A model generated the notes under the pieces. That model saw only the letters and a list, made by a program, of their open reading frames with translations, searched no databases and was not told where the DNA came from. A program made the position numbers and the translations under genes. From assembly GCA_001724265.1 (NCBI GenBank), contig MEDY01000052.1, forward strand, positions 1-64,000: a DNA stretch of 64,000 bases, read 5' to 3'. This document shows positions 48,290 through 59,659 of this stretch, piece after piece. This DNA is from Rhizaria sp. SCN 62-66 (taxonomy: Eukaryota). Each line of letters starts with the position of its first letter. The stretch's first letter is position 1.

Positions 48290-48705
48290 GGGGCTGAATT
48301 GCAAGGTGCCGGGAGAGATGCAGGGATGACTTAGTGAGATATAATAAGAAGGCAATATAAAAAATAAACAGCCATGTCAGGTTTGATCGGAAGCATCTCA
48401 GTTTACGGTCACAGTAAGTCCAGAGACTCTGTCTAAAGCAGGACGGATTTTGGGCACGTGCAGCTCGCGTCACCCACCGGGCACTGGTGGCGTCCGTTGT
48501 TCTCACAACTAACTCCTCCAGGACACAAGTACGTTCACGTATCGTTAAAATTGCTATGTATTAGTACGCCCAATCGCGGCCCTAATCTCAACGCACTATA
48601 ATTTCGCGTGTTTGATGCCAATCAAAGCCTGTTTTCGTTGGCGCGCTAAAACGGTCAGTCACGTTCTCAAGGTCTCCGAGCGGTAGTCGCTCTCGACGAA
48701 TAAAC

Positions 48706-49857
48706 TCAGCGGCGACGGGGGTTGCCGGGCACGACCGTGGACCAGCCGTCCTCATCGGGCGCCGTGCTGGCGTTCTTCCCGCGCGACACCGCGAGCCCTG
48801 CCATCCCAGCCGCCAAATCTCCCCCTTCCTCTTCCTCCTCGCCGTTTCCAGCGGCGCCGTCCTCGCCTTCCTCTTCCTCACCGTCGCCGCCCAGATCCCA
48901 CTCGCCGTCCTCCTCATCTTCCTCGCCATCGCCCTCGCCGTCGCCCTCCGCATCGTCGATATCCGACAGCATCGCGGCGTCTCCATCGCTGTCTTCGCCG
49001 TCGTCCTCGCGGAGACACTGCACCTCGGCCTTGCGGCGCTCGCGCGCGTGCTGCAGCAGCTGTTCCAGACCGGAGAACTCGCCCCGCACGCACACGTCGT
49101 AGTACATGTTGATGAGGAGGCGCGCCAGGAACTCGGCGGACCCGTCTTCGGCAGAGACGTGAAAGGACTCGAGCAGGGTCTCGCGAAGGGCTTCGAGGAT
49201 GTGCGCCTCCTTCGTCTTGGACTCTATATAACACATCATACGTAAGGCAAAGCAGAAAAATTAACAATACACAAGCAAACAAACACGTAAGAAAGTCGTA
49301 AAACAAGCAAGCAAGTAAGTAAGCAAATGATACACAAACGGACAGGTATGAGTGAGAGCATGGAGTTGTTTAAGTTGATAGAGATTTAGAACAAGATATA
49401 TTACAAAAAAAAGGGATTAGTTCCACATCATTCACACAGCCAAGGCGTATAGCATAAGTATATCACATATAAAATGTGATTAGATGAAGATATTGCGTGA
49501 GACGTACTCTGTTGCTGGAAGTACTCGATGATGGCCTCCGCGAAATCCTCCGCCTTCTCCGGCGCCTGGTGCGTCGATTCCATCTGCACAGCGATGTTTA
49601 ACGCATCCCACGTGCGGAACCCGGCGCGGACACCAACGCAGAACGCGTACCACGGATCCGCGGCCCACTTGCTCACGGGGGCGTCGCTCGCGGCCACGGG
49701 TGCGCTCGACAGGGACGATGACTGTGAGACGAAGCGGGCCGTCGCGTTGGCGGCGCCGGCGGGAGCGGAGCCGACGAGCGAGGCCCACGAGGGCTTCGCG
49801 GGGGCCGCAGCGGGGGTCGCGGCAGGAGCGGGAGCGTCAGCGGCAGCGTGGGCAACA

Positions 49858-49888
<31 letters not shown>

Positions 49889-49997
49889 AAGCGGAGGCAG
49901 CGGTGTTGTCAGTGTCAGTGACTGCGGGGACCGCGGGAGTCGCGGTCGCGGCGGGATCAGCAACAAGCGGGTCGAGAGAAGACAGACTGCTAGACAT
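48706..49997 (-). CDS. TSR2: Pre-rRNA-processing protein TSR2, 2 exons
   Basis: Exons 49997-49508 and 49223-48706 (phase 1). GVRAGFRTWDALNIAV, FHVSAEDGS, acidic tail, C-terminal DEDGWSTV. Ends TGA. Confidence 0.85.
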
Positions 49998-50429
49998 CTG
50001 TGGGCAGCAGACGTGAAAAACGCGGGGGAATTGGGCGCAGAGCGGCAGAGTGCGCGCAAGTGCGGGGTGAAGAGCGAAGGGAGGTGAGGATGTTGCGGAT
50101 ATGGCGGTGTTAAGGCGTATAGAAGGCACCAAACGCGCGCTAAACTTTCAAAGAATACAGTCAGTTATATAAAAGAAAGAGAGGCGCAATCATCAGACGA
50201 TGACATGCGCCATACATGCATTATGCTGTCTGTTTGCTACGGCTTCGAGGACTTCGTCTCGTTCGAGAGAGTTGCGGCTTTGACTGAGAAGCTGTTCGGC
50301 AACCTAAATCCTCGCAGGCGGTGACCGTCATGCGTGCTATAACTTGCATCTGGCAACTTAATTCTTACTTATATGCACTTTCCCTTTTTTACATTCCTTG
50401 ATTCTATCCGCATCACAGCGTACGCCCCT

Positions 50430-51201
50430 ATGTCTACCGGCAAGGCTACCGATAAGATGTTGCGCATGCAGCGTGACTTGTCTCTGCGTCTCTACAAGTC
50501 CATCATGCGCTCGCACCGCGCGCTGCCCGAGGGCATCCGCGACGTCGGCGATGTCTACGTGCGCGAGGAGTTCAAGCTCCACAAGACTGCCAAGCCCGAG
50601 CACCTGGGCCCTTTCTTCGAGCAGTGGATTGACTGTACGTCTTCCTTTCTCTTCATCGTCGCAAACAATGCTATCGTTCTTTCAATGATCTGCTTGTCAC
50701 TGAATATCCGCGCATCATAGGATACTTTACGTGCTTTATTACTATATTTCTGTGTATTTTCTCCACATACTCTCTCTATATCTTGTTTCTACTCGTCGCT
50801 TGCCACCACTGCCGCAATGTCCCCCCTTCTCTTTTTTCTCTCTCTCTTTTTTACATTGTTGCTTGTGTTCATTCTCTTTTTATTGCTGCTACCGCGCTGC
50901 AGACCTGAACCAGCTGCGCGCGCTCTCCGCCCCCGAAGCGGACATCTCCAGCATCGGCCGCGACCTCCCCAAGGAGCAGCTCGACGCCCTCTCCGACGAC
51001 CAGCAAGAGAAGCTCATCTCCATGTTCAACGAGACCCAGCGTCTGTTCTCCGGCAACTACAACGCCGCTGATGTCGGCGAGGGCTTTGTCGTCGCGCCGC
51101 AGGTCACTATTGTCCGCGACACCGACGCCGGCGCCGATTCTGCTGCTGCTGCTGCTAGCGCTGTTAACGGTGAGGCTGGCAAGGGGGCGACCGTGGTCTG
51201 A
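50430..51201 (+). CDS. SDHAF3: Succinate dehydrogenase assembly factor 3 (Sdh7/ACN9, LYR family); 5' end may extend upstream
   Basis: Exons 50430-50634 and 50903-51201. LYKSIMRSHRALP..RDVGDVYVREEFKLHK..FFEQWIDY|LNQL..GRDL..LSDDQQEKL. Ends TGA. Confidence 0.9.
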
Positions 51202-51791
51202 ACATAAACGAGTCCGTGTAAGTCTTGCGAGTAAGTTATGAGTTAGCCAAATGAAAGAGGCGACCGTGGTCTCATCATGAATGAGTAAATGAACGAGTGA
51301 CCGGTGAGTTATGAGTTCCGTGTACCTTGGTTCGACAAACGAAACTGAGCTTTGTTGCCTAATTTATTGCAATTGTGATGGTGTGTGTTTGTTGTGACAC
51401 GGCCAATAGCTGACCCATTCAACACTGGTGCTATTGCTAGTGCTGCTGCTGCTGTTGTTGTTGTGTTGGGGAGCCAAGCCCGGGCTGCTGCTGCTGCTGT
51501 TGTGACTGGGCCTGGCCTCGGGCCTAAGCTTGCATTAGTCACCTCTGTCTTCGTCTCTTAGGCGTTTAATACAAGTGCCAAATTTTAGTTTGCTCTTGTC
51601 GAAAGGAGCAAAAAGTGAACCAGAATGTATTACAGTTGTTCAAAATAATATTTAGAGTGCTGTTTTATCAAACTATGAACGTGTTTAGTCAAGTTTTATC
51701 TGAGTGTGAGACAGCGAGTGTCATGTTCCACTGTTAGCTGCAAGCTTCCTGGTCCCCGTCGTTGTACTCCGGTGCTCTCGATCACTGGTAA

Positions 51792-53138
51792 TCACTGTCT
51801 GCGTGCATATCGACGTAACATCTCCTGCTGACTCACACTCACCACGCCCTCACTACTCTCCTGCTTGTCTTTATCTTTACCACCCTCATTGTCATCGTTG
51901 TTAATGGTACTAAGGGAGAGCGGGGGACCGATGTACGACGGTGGCACCGCCGGCGGCCCTTGCCTCGCAGCATTTCCGCTCGCGCCGCCACTGCTGCCCG
52001 CATTTGCGCCCGCAACCGCGCCGTTGGCCACGGCCCCGTTGCCGACCGCGCTATAGTAAGCAGGCGGGGGGCCCGCTGGCGGCAACGGGGCGCCGAAGCC
52101 TGCTTCTGGTGGCGGCCCCACTTGCTGCGCACCACCGCCATTGGCGCTGCCACCACCATTCGCAGCACTCGGAGTCGGATGATTAAGTCCCGAGCCAAGC
52201 GTGAAGCCACTGGCATCCGGCGGAAACGCACTTGCGCTTGCGTGCGCGCCGCCAGCAGGAGCGCTGCTGCGCGCAGGCAGCGGAGGCGCGTGCTGCGGCG
52301 GCGGCGGTGGATGCTGTTCGTTGAACGCGTACGGATACCCGCTGCCACTTCCACTGCTGCTGCTGTAAGGCCGCTCGTCGTACGGCGAGGCGACGTAAGG
52401 GCCCCCCATGTACGCGCTGTAAGGGCCTGCGCTGTAAGGAGCTCCCATGTAAGGGGCTGCTCGGAACACTTCGTCCTCGTCGTCGCTGTCGCGGGCGTTA
52501 CTGCTGCTGCTCATGTCGCGCCCCTGCCGCGGCCCCTCGCCAAGCCGGTGCCCCAGCTCCAGCCCCCCCGCGCTCGCGCCTGCGCCCGAGGCTGATGAGG
52601 CGGCGGACACGGCTCCGGCGGCCCCGGCTGCGGCGGAGGACTGCGACGGCGGGCGCTGCGCAAAGCGGCGGCAAACGGCGCAGCAGCAAAGCACAAGCGC
52701 GGCGGCAAGCAGGAAAATCCAGATTAAGTGCAACGGCTGCATGCCAGTGTCTGAGCCAACGCCGCCAATATCTCGGCCGTACTTGCCACCCAGAGTGCTG
52801 TTGCCGCCAGGCATGGCAGCGCGGGAGCGGGCCCGCGCGGAGACGAGTTCGCAGCGGAACGAGTCCCCGGCGGGGACGCAGCGCGAGGCTGGGTGCGGGC
52901 AGCAGTAGGGCCGGCGCATCGTTGGTATGCCGCGGAGTCCGCAGCAGACGCCGCTCTCGCCGCGGTAGGCGCGGGAGCACTCGCGGTTTAGGCAACACTC
53001 GGCGCAGCTCGCCTCCGCACCGCCACACAGCATGAGCAGCAGCAGCAGCGCAAAAAGGAACGACATTCCCAGCCATGGAAACGCATATGAGCGCAAGCGT
53101 GAGCCGGGGGAGGCCGAGACAGAGGGAAGCGCGAGCAT
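51792..53138 (-). CDS. Single-pass membrane protein: signal peptide, small Cys-rich ectodomain, TM plus Cys cluster, Pro/Tyr-rich tail (Shisa/WBP1-like architecture)
   Basis: FLFALLLLLMLCGGAEA; CAECCLNREC..GVCCG..YCCP..C..C; LIWIFLLAAALVLCCCAVC; PPAY and PPSY motifs. The true start may be ATG 53066. Ends TGA. Confidence 0.7.
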   Translation of the reverse strand: MLALPSVSASPGSRLRSYAFPWLGMSFLFALLLLLMLCGGAEASCAECCLNRECSRAYRGESGVCCGLRGIPTMRRPYCCPHPASRCVPAGDSFRCELVSARARSRAAMPGGNSTLGGKYGRDIGGVGSDTGMQPLHLIWIFLLAAALVLCCCAVCRRFAQRPPSQSSAAAGAAGAVSAASSASGAGASAGGLELGHRLGEGPRQGRDMSSSSNARDSDDEDEVFRAAPYMGAPYSAGPYSAYMGGPYVASPYDERPYSSSSGSGSGYPYAFNEQHPPPPPQHAPPLPARSSAPAGGAHASASAFPPDASGFTLGSGLNHPTPSAANGGGSANGGGAQQVGPPPEAGFGAPLPPAGPPPAYYSAVGNGAVANGAVAGANAGSSGGASGNAARQGPPAVPPSYIGPPLSLSTINNDDNEGGKDKDKQESSEGVVSVSQQEMLRRYARRQ

Positions 53139-53815
53139 GGAAGACGAGGGGCGTGTGGCCTTGCTGCTGGTCTATCTGAGGTGATGTTGGCGAAGCCTGG
53201 TGGGGCTGGGGCGGGCCTCAGTCTGGCTCGGAGCAAGTGGGTCTGACGGGGCAGAATAACAATCACAAGACTATGACGATGATAATGTGCAAAGAACAAT
53301 CACCGCGGGGCTAACGCGAGGATGCGGCGACTTGAAGCGATAACTTGAAGAGGCAACTTGAAGCGGTTTCACTGGGGGAAATGAAGATTCAAGCAATGAA
53401 ACCAAAATCGAATGTAATAATACACTCGAAAAAGCAAGGCGAGATATTTATGTATCAAATCGCGGTTTGTATCGGGGGAAATCAACGTGGCCCGAATGAA
53501 TTGAGGCGAGGCTTCCACCAGATACGATGCTCACAGTCACAGTCACGGTCGCAATCAGATGCTGCTTACAGTCAATGACCGCTAAGAAGGGAATCACAAC
53601 AGCGTGACGATAATCGAACGATTGCAGGCAACAGATCTGATAAATCGTGGGCACAACAACTGATTGACTGACCGACTGTTTAACTTCTTAAGAGGAGAGG
53701 AAGTGCAGGCGTACTGACCGTTGTTTGTCCAAGGAAGAGTTAGACGAGATGTTTAAAGCTAGATAGAGAGCGGAGTCGTAATCCCCTGTTACAAATTAGC
53801 GCGGAGCTATTAAAA

Positions 53816-54277
53816 TCAGGGTGTAGGTTGCGCGGGCTCAATGCCTAGCGAGCGCAACACCTCACTATGTGGACACGACGAGCGCGGAGATACAAGATGG
53901 AGAAGCGCAGGAAGCGAGGTGAGGTACTAACTTGGTTTGTGAGCGCGCAAACAGCGGGATACCAGAGCAGCATCGATATGCCAATAAGAAAATACTACAA
54001 GATGTGAGATGAGAGAGCGGGCGTACCGTTGGTTGCGCAACACGGCTTCAAGCTCGGCGACACGAGCGCGCTGCAAGTTCTCATCGACATCGGCCGCAGC
54101 ATGCTCGCGCAGCAGCTCGCGGCATCGCACCAACTGCGCGGACAGCGCTGCAGCGTGCTGTACGGTGCTGTCGCCAGAGGAATCACTATGTAGGCTGTCG
54201 ATCACGTCGGCCAGGCGCGGGAGAAGATCGAACTGGGCCGCGAACGCCTTCTCGTCGAACGGGGGAGGATGCTCCAT
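53816..54277 (-). CDS. MED9: Probable Mediator subunit 9, 2 exons
   Basis: Exons 54277-54027 and 53864-53816 (phase-2 intron GTACGC..TAG). FDLLPRLADVI...LVRCRELL....DVDENLQRARVAELEAVLRNQREVL matches the Med9 helical pattern I recall. Ends TGA. Confidence 0.65.
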
Positions 54278-54739
54278 GACTACTTAGAATAAAAGTCGTC
54301 ATAATAAGGAAAAATGAGTTTTTAGAGAATTTAATTTAGGTATCAAATACAAAATGACATATTATTTCAGGATTAACGTAGTAAACATCTAGCAACGGAG
54401 ATATTGATGAATTAACTGCAAAACAAGTTGTCGATCTGTTGCTGCTGGACTCGCGCAGCCGTCGCGCAACGACTCTCGAATCGGTTCATCCTAGAAAAAC
54501 ATGGCGTATTGCGTACTAACGTGTCACGGTAGAAATAAAAATGATAAGAAATATGTATTATACACACTAAAGTAGAATACGAAGGCATTTCCCCTTCAAC
54601 TAACACAAGCCACTGCAATGTATACGTCTTCCGAAGAGCGACGTATCATGAGATTCGACGAATCGACTCAGCGCGAGCTATTTAGCTCCGCTTCACTGGA
54701 CGTAAATCACGCGTTGTTGTTCCCTTTGTAGTAATAAAT

Positions 54740-57079
54740 TTACTCCATCTTGGAGCGCTTAGCCTGAAACTCAATCTCGCGCTCATCACGGAACGCAGTG
54801 AGCTTGCCTTCCCACTTCTTGGCCTCCGCGATCACCGCATCAGCGTCGAGAGTGGTGAGCTTGCGCGCATTCAGCCGGCGCTCACCGCGCACCCACACGT
54901 CCGTCACGGCCTCGCGCGAGGTTGAGTACACAAGGTGCGACACCACGGAGAACATGGGGACCTGTGACACGGCGTTGAAACGCACGGCAACGACATCAGC
55001 TTCCTTGCCGGCCTCAAGTGATCCGACCTTTGCCTCGAGACCGAGCGCGCGGGCGCCGTTGAGCGTCGCCATCTGCAGCGCGGTGGCCGCAGACACGGCC
55101 GTGGCGTCCTTGGAGACAGCCTTGGCAAGAACGGACGCGAGCTTCATCTCGGCAAGCATGTCGAGGGCGTTGTTGGACGCACATGAGTCGGTGCCAATCG
55201 CGACGTTCGCGCCAGCCTTCATCAGAGCCTAAGATCGAACAATACAAAGAAATATGAAGCAAAAATAGAATTATTAAGATAAATACAAAATCTTACCGAT
55301 AAATAAATACAAGTACACAAAATCTTATGAAATTTACACCATTAACATGATATAAGATGTCAATTACACAGAAGTGTTACGTACCTGGACCTGGGTGAAG
55401 CCGGAGGCGAGCTTGAGGTTCGAGTAGGGGCAGTGCACGACATGCGTGCCGCGCTTGGTCACAAGCTCAATCTGCGCCTCGGTCAGCTGCGTCATGTGCA
55501 CCGCAACCGTGCTCGGCGTGAGCAGACCGAGCCGGTCGAGGTTATCCAGCGGCGCAGTGCGCTGGTCAGACCTGTGGCAAGACCCCGACGCGCTGTTGCC
55601 AGCGATGGAGTCCGCGACTTCGGCCTCAGTCTCGTGGACGTGGATGTGCAGGCGGGCGCCCGCGGCCGCGGCGGCGTCCTTGCAGCGCACCATGTTCTCG
55701 TCGCACACCGTGTACGGCGCGTGCGGGCACACCGCGAAGGTGAGCAGAGGGTGGCCCTTGAACTTCTCCGCCGCAGCGAGTCCCTCGCTGAGCTGGCCCT
55801 CGATGGCGTCCTTGGTGGGGAAATCCATGATGGGGAAGCCGACAACGGCGCGCATGCCGGCCTTGACCGCGGCGGCCGCCGTCGATGCGGGCTGGAAATA
55901 CATATCGTTCACCGTGGTCGTGCCCGACTGGAGCATCTCGGCGAACGCGAGCTCGGCAGACGCGGTCACGAATTCGGGGGATACAAACTTGCCCTCGGCG
56001 GGCCAGATGTCCTTCTGCAGCCAGTCACCGACGTTCTTATCGTCGGAATACCCGCGCAACAGCGACATGCCGACGTGCGTGTGCGCGTTGATGAGCCCGG
56101 GGATGAGAGCGTGGTCCTTGCTGAGGTCCTCGGTCACCGCGGCGGTGTACTTCGCGCGCGCCTCGTCGATCGGCAGCACAGCGACAACCTTGCCGTCCAG
56201 CACGGCCACGGCATGGTTCTCCAGCACGGCGCTGGGCGCGGCGGCGGCCACGGGGAGTACCCAGCGCGCGCAGATGAGGGTGTCAACACGGGTCTTACCA
56301 GCCGCGGTATCGGCGGCGGCGGCGGCGGCGAGCTCGGCCGTGGTGGGCTTGAGCGCGGCGACAACGCCCGCAAGAAGGAGCTCAACGGTGCGGAGGTTCT
56401 TGGCGACGCCGTCGTGGAACTCGTCCGTGGTGAGCGAGGCGACGTCGAAACCGTTGGCCCAGTTGTCGGTCATGCACACCGCGGCGTAGGGAAGCCCGGC
56501 CTCCTTGCACAGCACGGCCTCGTGCGCGGCCGTCATGCCAACCACGGCGCAGTCGCGCGCAAAGAGACGAATCTCGGCCTTGGTCTCGAAGCGCGGGCCG
56601 TGCGTCTGGAGGTACGTGCCGGAGACGTGGACGTCACAGCTGGCGCTTTGGCCGATGGTGCGGACGCACGACACCAGCTGGGCGCGGAGATCGGCGTCGA
56701 AGCCCGGGATAAGGTGCGCGCGCGCGTCGTCAAAGAAAGTGATGGGGTCGAGGCAGAGGAAGTCGTCGGGCACGACCACGGAGCCGAGCGCGATGTGGCG
56801 GTTCATCGAGCCCGTGGAGTTAAAGGCAATCACGCGCGCCACGCCGAGAGTCTGCAGGGCGCTGATAATCGCCTTCTTGTTGATGAGGTGCGGCGGGGAG
56901 TACGCCACGGCGGGGTCCGCGGCGTGGCGCTGCACGAACACGACACCGTCAGCGTGGTTGAACCACAGCTTGACCTGACCGTGGGGCGTCGTCCGCACCT
57001 CAGGCACGAAGCTGTTCTGCGCGAAGTACTCGCTCTTGAGGAAGTTGGAGCCGCCGATAAGGCCGAGGTACTTGGACAT
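54740..57079 (-). CDS. Fusion protein: N-terminal MTAP/MTIP-family nucleoside phosphorylase plus C-terminal MTA/SAH deaminase (amidohydrolase), 2 exons, 727 aa
   Basis: Exons 57079-55385 and 55228-54740. Phosphorylase motifs: LGLIGGS, FVQRH, PPHLIN, STGSM, GPRFETKAE, VGMT, DNWANG. Deaminase motifs: PGLINAHTH, PHAPY, HIHVHET, VHMT, HCPYSNLKLASG, GTDSCASNN. Ends TAA. Confidence 0.92.
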
Positions 57080-57647
57080 GCTCGTGCTGCAAGGAGGCGT
57101 GTTGGCAAGTAGAGGTTGAGTGTGAGGAAGATAGGTGGAAGCAGAGCAGGGCGTTCGGAGAAAGGAAAGCGGAGATGTGGCGCATGACGTGGATACGGCG
57201 CGTCGCCTTCCGGCTGACATACGCCGCGTGGGAGTTAAGAAATACGCAAATCAAAATAATATACACGCGTCATATTTAGTTCATCATAGCACGTCTGAGC
57301 CCAAATGACAGAGCGTTGCCTCGTGAAATGCACGGTTCAGAAAAACCTCGGCGACAGTCTCCGAAGCGAGCAGAGCGAAGAAAACAAAACCCTGCGCCGA
57401 CCTGGCGAGAGCTCCCAACCGACCTGTGCGCACACCGGCTGACTTTGCAGCTGTCGCTGGAGCTCTAACGACTGTCGTTTGAATCATACTGATTGCTGCA
57501 CAATGTCATATGTCATTTAATATTTGTTGACTTTATTTTTATTCTTCTCTTATTGATCTGTCTTCTCATCTACCTTTTTCTTTTTACCCCGCCCACTCTC
57601 TCCCACCATGTCTTCCTCCGCTCGTCCGTTGGCCTCCAGACTCGCCG

Positions 57648-59659
57648 ATGAGTACGTTCCCTACTCTGCTCAGAGCCTGCAATACTATTACTGCTTTTTT
57701 AAAAATTGACCCCGCGACTTTTTTTACCAATGCACTCACACCGCGTCTCCATCTACTCGCTTTCTTCCTCGCTCTCTCTCTTCACCTCACCTCACGCAGG
57801 CTTTTCCTTCGGGAAGCCGGCTGCCCCGTACGTCCAGTTGCCTCACCATCCGTCTTTACATCATCAACTGTGTCAATGCCGCAAATCCTCTAATGGCATC
57901 TTGCTCACCCATTCCATATTCTCTCTTAACTCGCGACAGTGCTCCTGGCGGCTACGCAATCGGTGCCGGCGCCGCTGCGCCCGCCGCCCCCGCGCCCGCC
58001 GGCGGCGGCTTCGCTTTTGGCGGCGCTGCCGCTGCTCCTGCTGCCGCTGCCCCCTCCGGCGGCTTTCCCTTTGGTGGGGCCAAGCCCGCCGCCGCTCCTG
58101 GCGTCTTTGCTTTCGGCGCCGCCGCTCCTGTCGCGGCCCCCGCCGGAGGCGGCTTCGGCTTTGGCGCCGCGCCCCCCGCCGCCGCGCCCCCCGCCGCCGT
58201 GCCGCCTGCTGCCGGCGGCGCCTTTGCTTTCGGCGCCACTAAGCCCGCAGCCCCCGCCGCGCCCGTTGCCGGCGGCTTCGCGTTCGGTGGCGCCGCCGCT
58301 CCCCCGGCCGCTGTCCCCCCCGCGACCGCGCCAGCTGCCGCCGCGCCGGCGGCGGCGTTCTCCTTCGGCGGCGCCGCGCCCACTGCTGCTCCCGCTGCGG
58401 CCCCCGCTGCTGGCGGCTTCTCTTTCGGTGCTAAGCCCGCGGCCCCCGCCGCCGCCCCCGCTGCTGCCGCGTCCGCGCCCGCTGCTGGTGGCTTCAACTT
58501 CACCACCCCTGCTGCCGCCCCCGCCGCTGCCCCTGCTGCTGCCCCCGCTGCGGCCCCCGCTGCTGGTGGTTTCTCTTTTGGCACTAAGCCCACGGCCCCC
58601 GCAGCCGCTCCCGCCGCCGCCGCTCCCGCTGCCGCCGCCGCCCCCGCCGCTGCACCTGCTGCCGGCGGGTTCAGCTTTGGTACCAAGCCTGCCGCGCCCG
58701 CTGCTACGCCTGCTGCAGCGCCCGCCGCCGCCGCTGCCCCCGCCGCTGCTGCTGCTTCTGCTGCCGCGCCCGCCGCGGGTGGGTTTAGCTTTGGCGCGAA
58801 GCCCGCCGCGCCCGCTGCCGCTGCCTCGACCACTGCTACTCCTGCCGCCGCCGCTGCTGCCCCCGCCGCTGCCCCGGCCGCAGGCGGCTTCTCTTTCGGC
58901 GGCGCCAAGCCCGCTGCCACGGCTACCACTACCTCGTCCAACTCCAACGCCATCGCTGCCCCCGCCGCCGCCCCCGCCGCCGGCGCCGCTGCCGCTCCTG
59001 CCGCCGCCTCGACCGCGCCCGCCGCGCCCGCGGGCGACGCCGCCGCGCGCATCAAGAGCCTCTCGGTCGAGGAGATCCTCTCTCTGTGGAGCGACGACCT
59101 CGAGCGCTCCGTCGCCGCCTTCCACGGCCAGGCCGCGCAGGCGCGCGCGTGGGAGTCGGCCATCCGCGACAACGGTGACCGCTTGCTCACGCTGCACCGC
59201 GCCACCGAGGCCGTCGCGGGGCGGCAGGCGCGGCTCGACGCGCAGCTCCGCGCGGCCCGCGAACAGCAGGCCGCGCTGCTGGAGGAGGTCGCGCGTGCCG
59301 AGGCCGCCGTCGCCAAGGCCGGCGCCGCCGCCGCGGCCGTGGGCGGCGCCGCTACGGCCGTTGACCTGCGGCGTGACGAGGTGTTTGCGCTCGCCGAGTC
59401 CGTCGATGAGCGGCTGTCGGCGCTGCAGCAGGGCGTTGAGGCGTCCGCGACCGCGTTGGGCCGCCTCCGCGAGCGCGGGGAGGACCCCGCGGATCCGCTG
59501 GCCGCTGCGGTGGCCGTGCTCAGCGCGCATGTGACGGCGCTGGAGTGGGTGGCGGCCACGGCGGGCGAGGTCGAGGGACGGCTTGATGCCGCCGCGCGGG
59601 CTGTTGCCGAGGCACAGTCGCAGATTGGCCGCCCCGATGGCGTTGGCGCGGGCTTCTGA
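57648..59659 (+). CDS. NUP62: FG-repeat nucleoporin Nup62/Nsp1, 3 exons
   Basis: Coding exons 57648-57651, 57800-57827 and 57940-59659 give MSFSFGKPAAPAPGG... More than 10 GGF[SA]FG repeats, then the Nsp1-C coiled coil SVEEILSLWSDDLERSVAAFHGQAAQARAWESAIRDNG..LSAHVTALEWV. Ends TGA. Confidence 0.9.

Noticed and set aside
51309-51542. Short ORF with GCT/GTT runs between SDHAF3 and the Cys-rich membrane gene, plus a 14-nt duplication (ggcgaccgtggtct) near the SDHAF3 stop
   Set aside because: Non-ATG start, no splice link to neighbouring genes and no motif; probably UTR microsatellite sequence.
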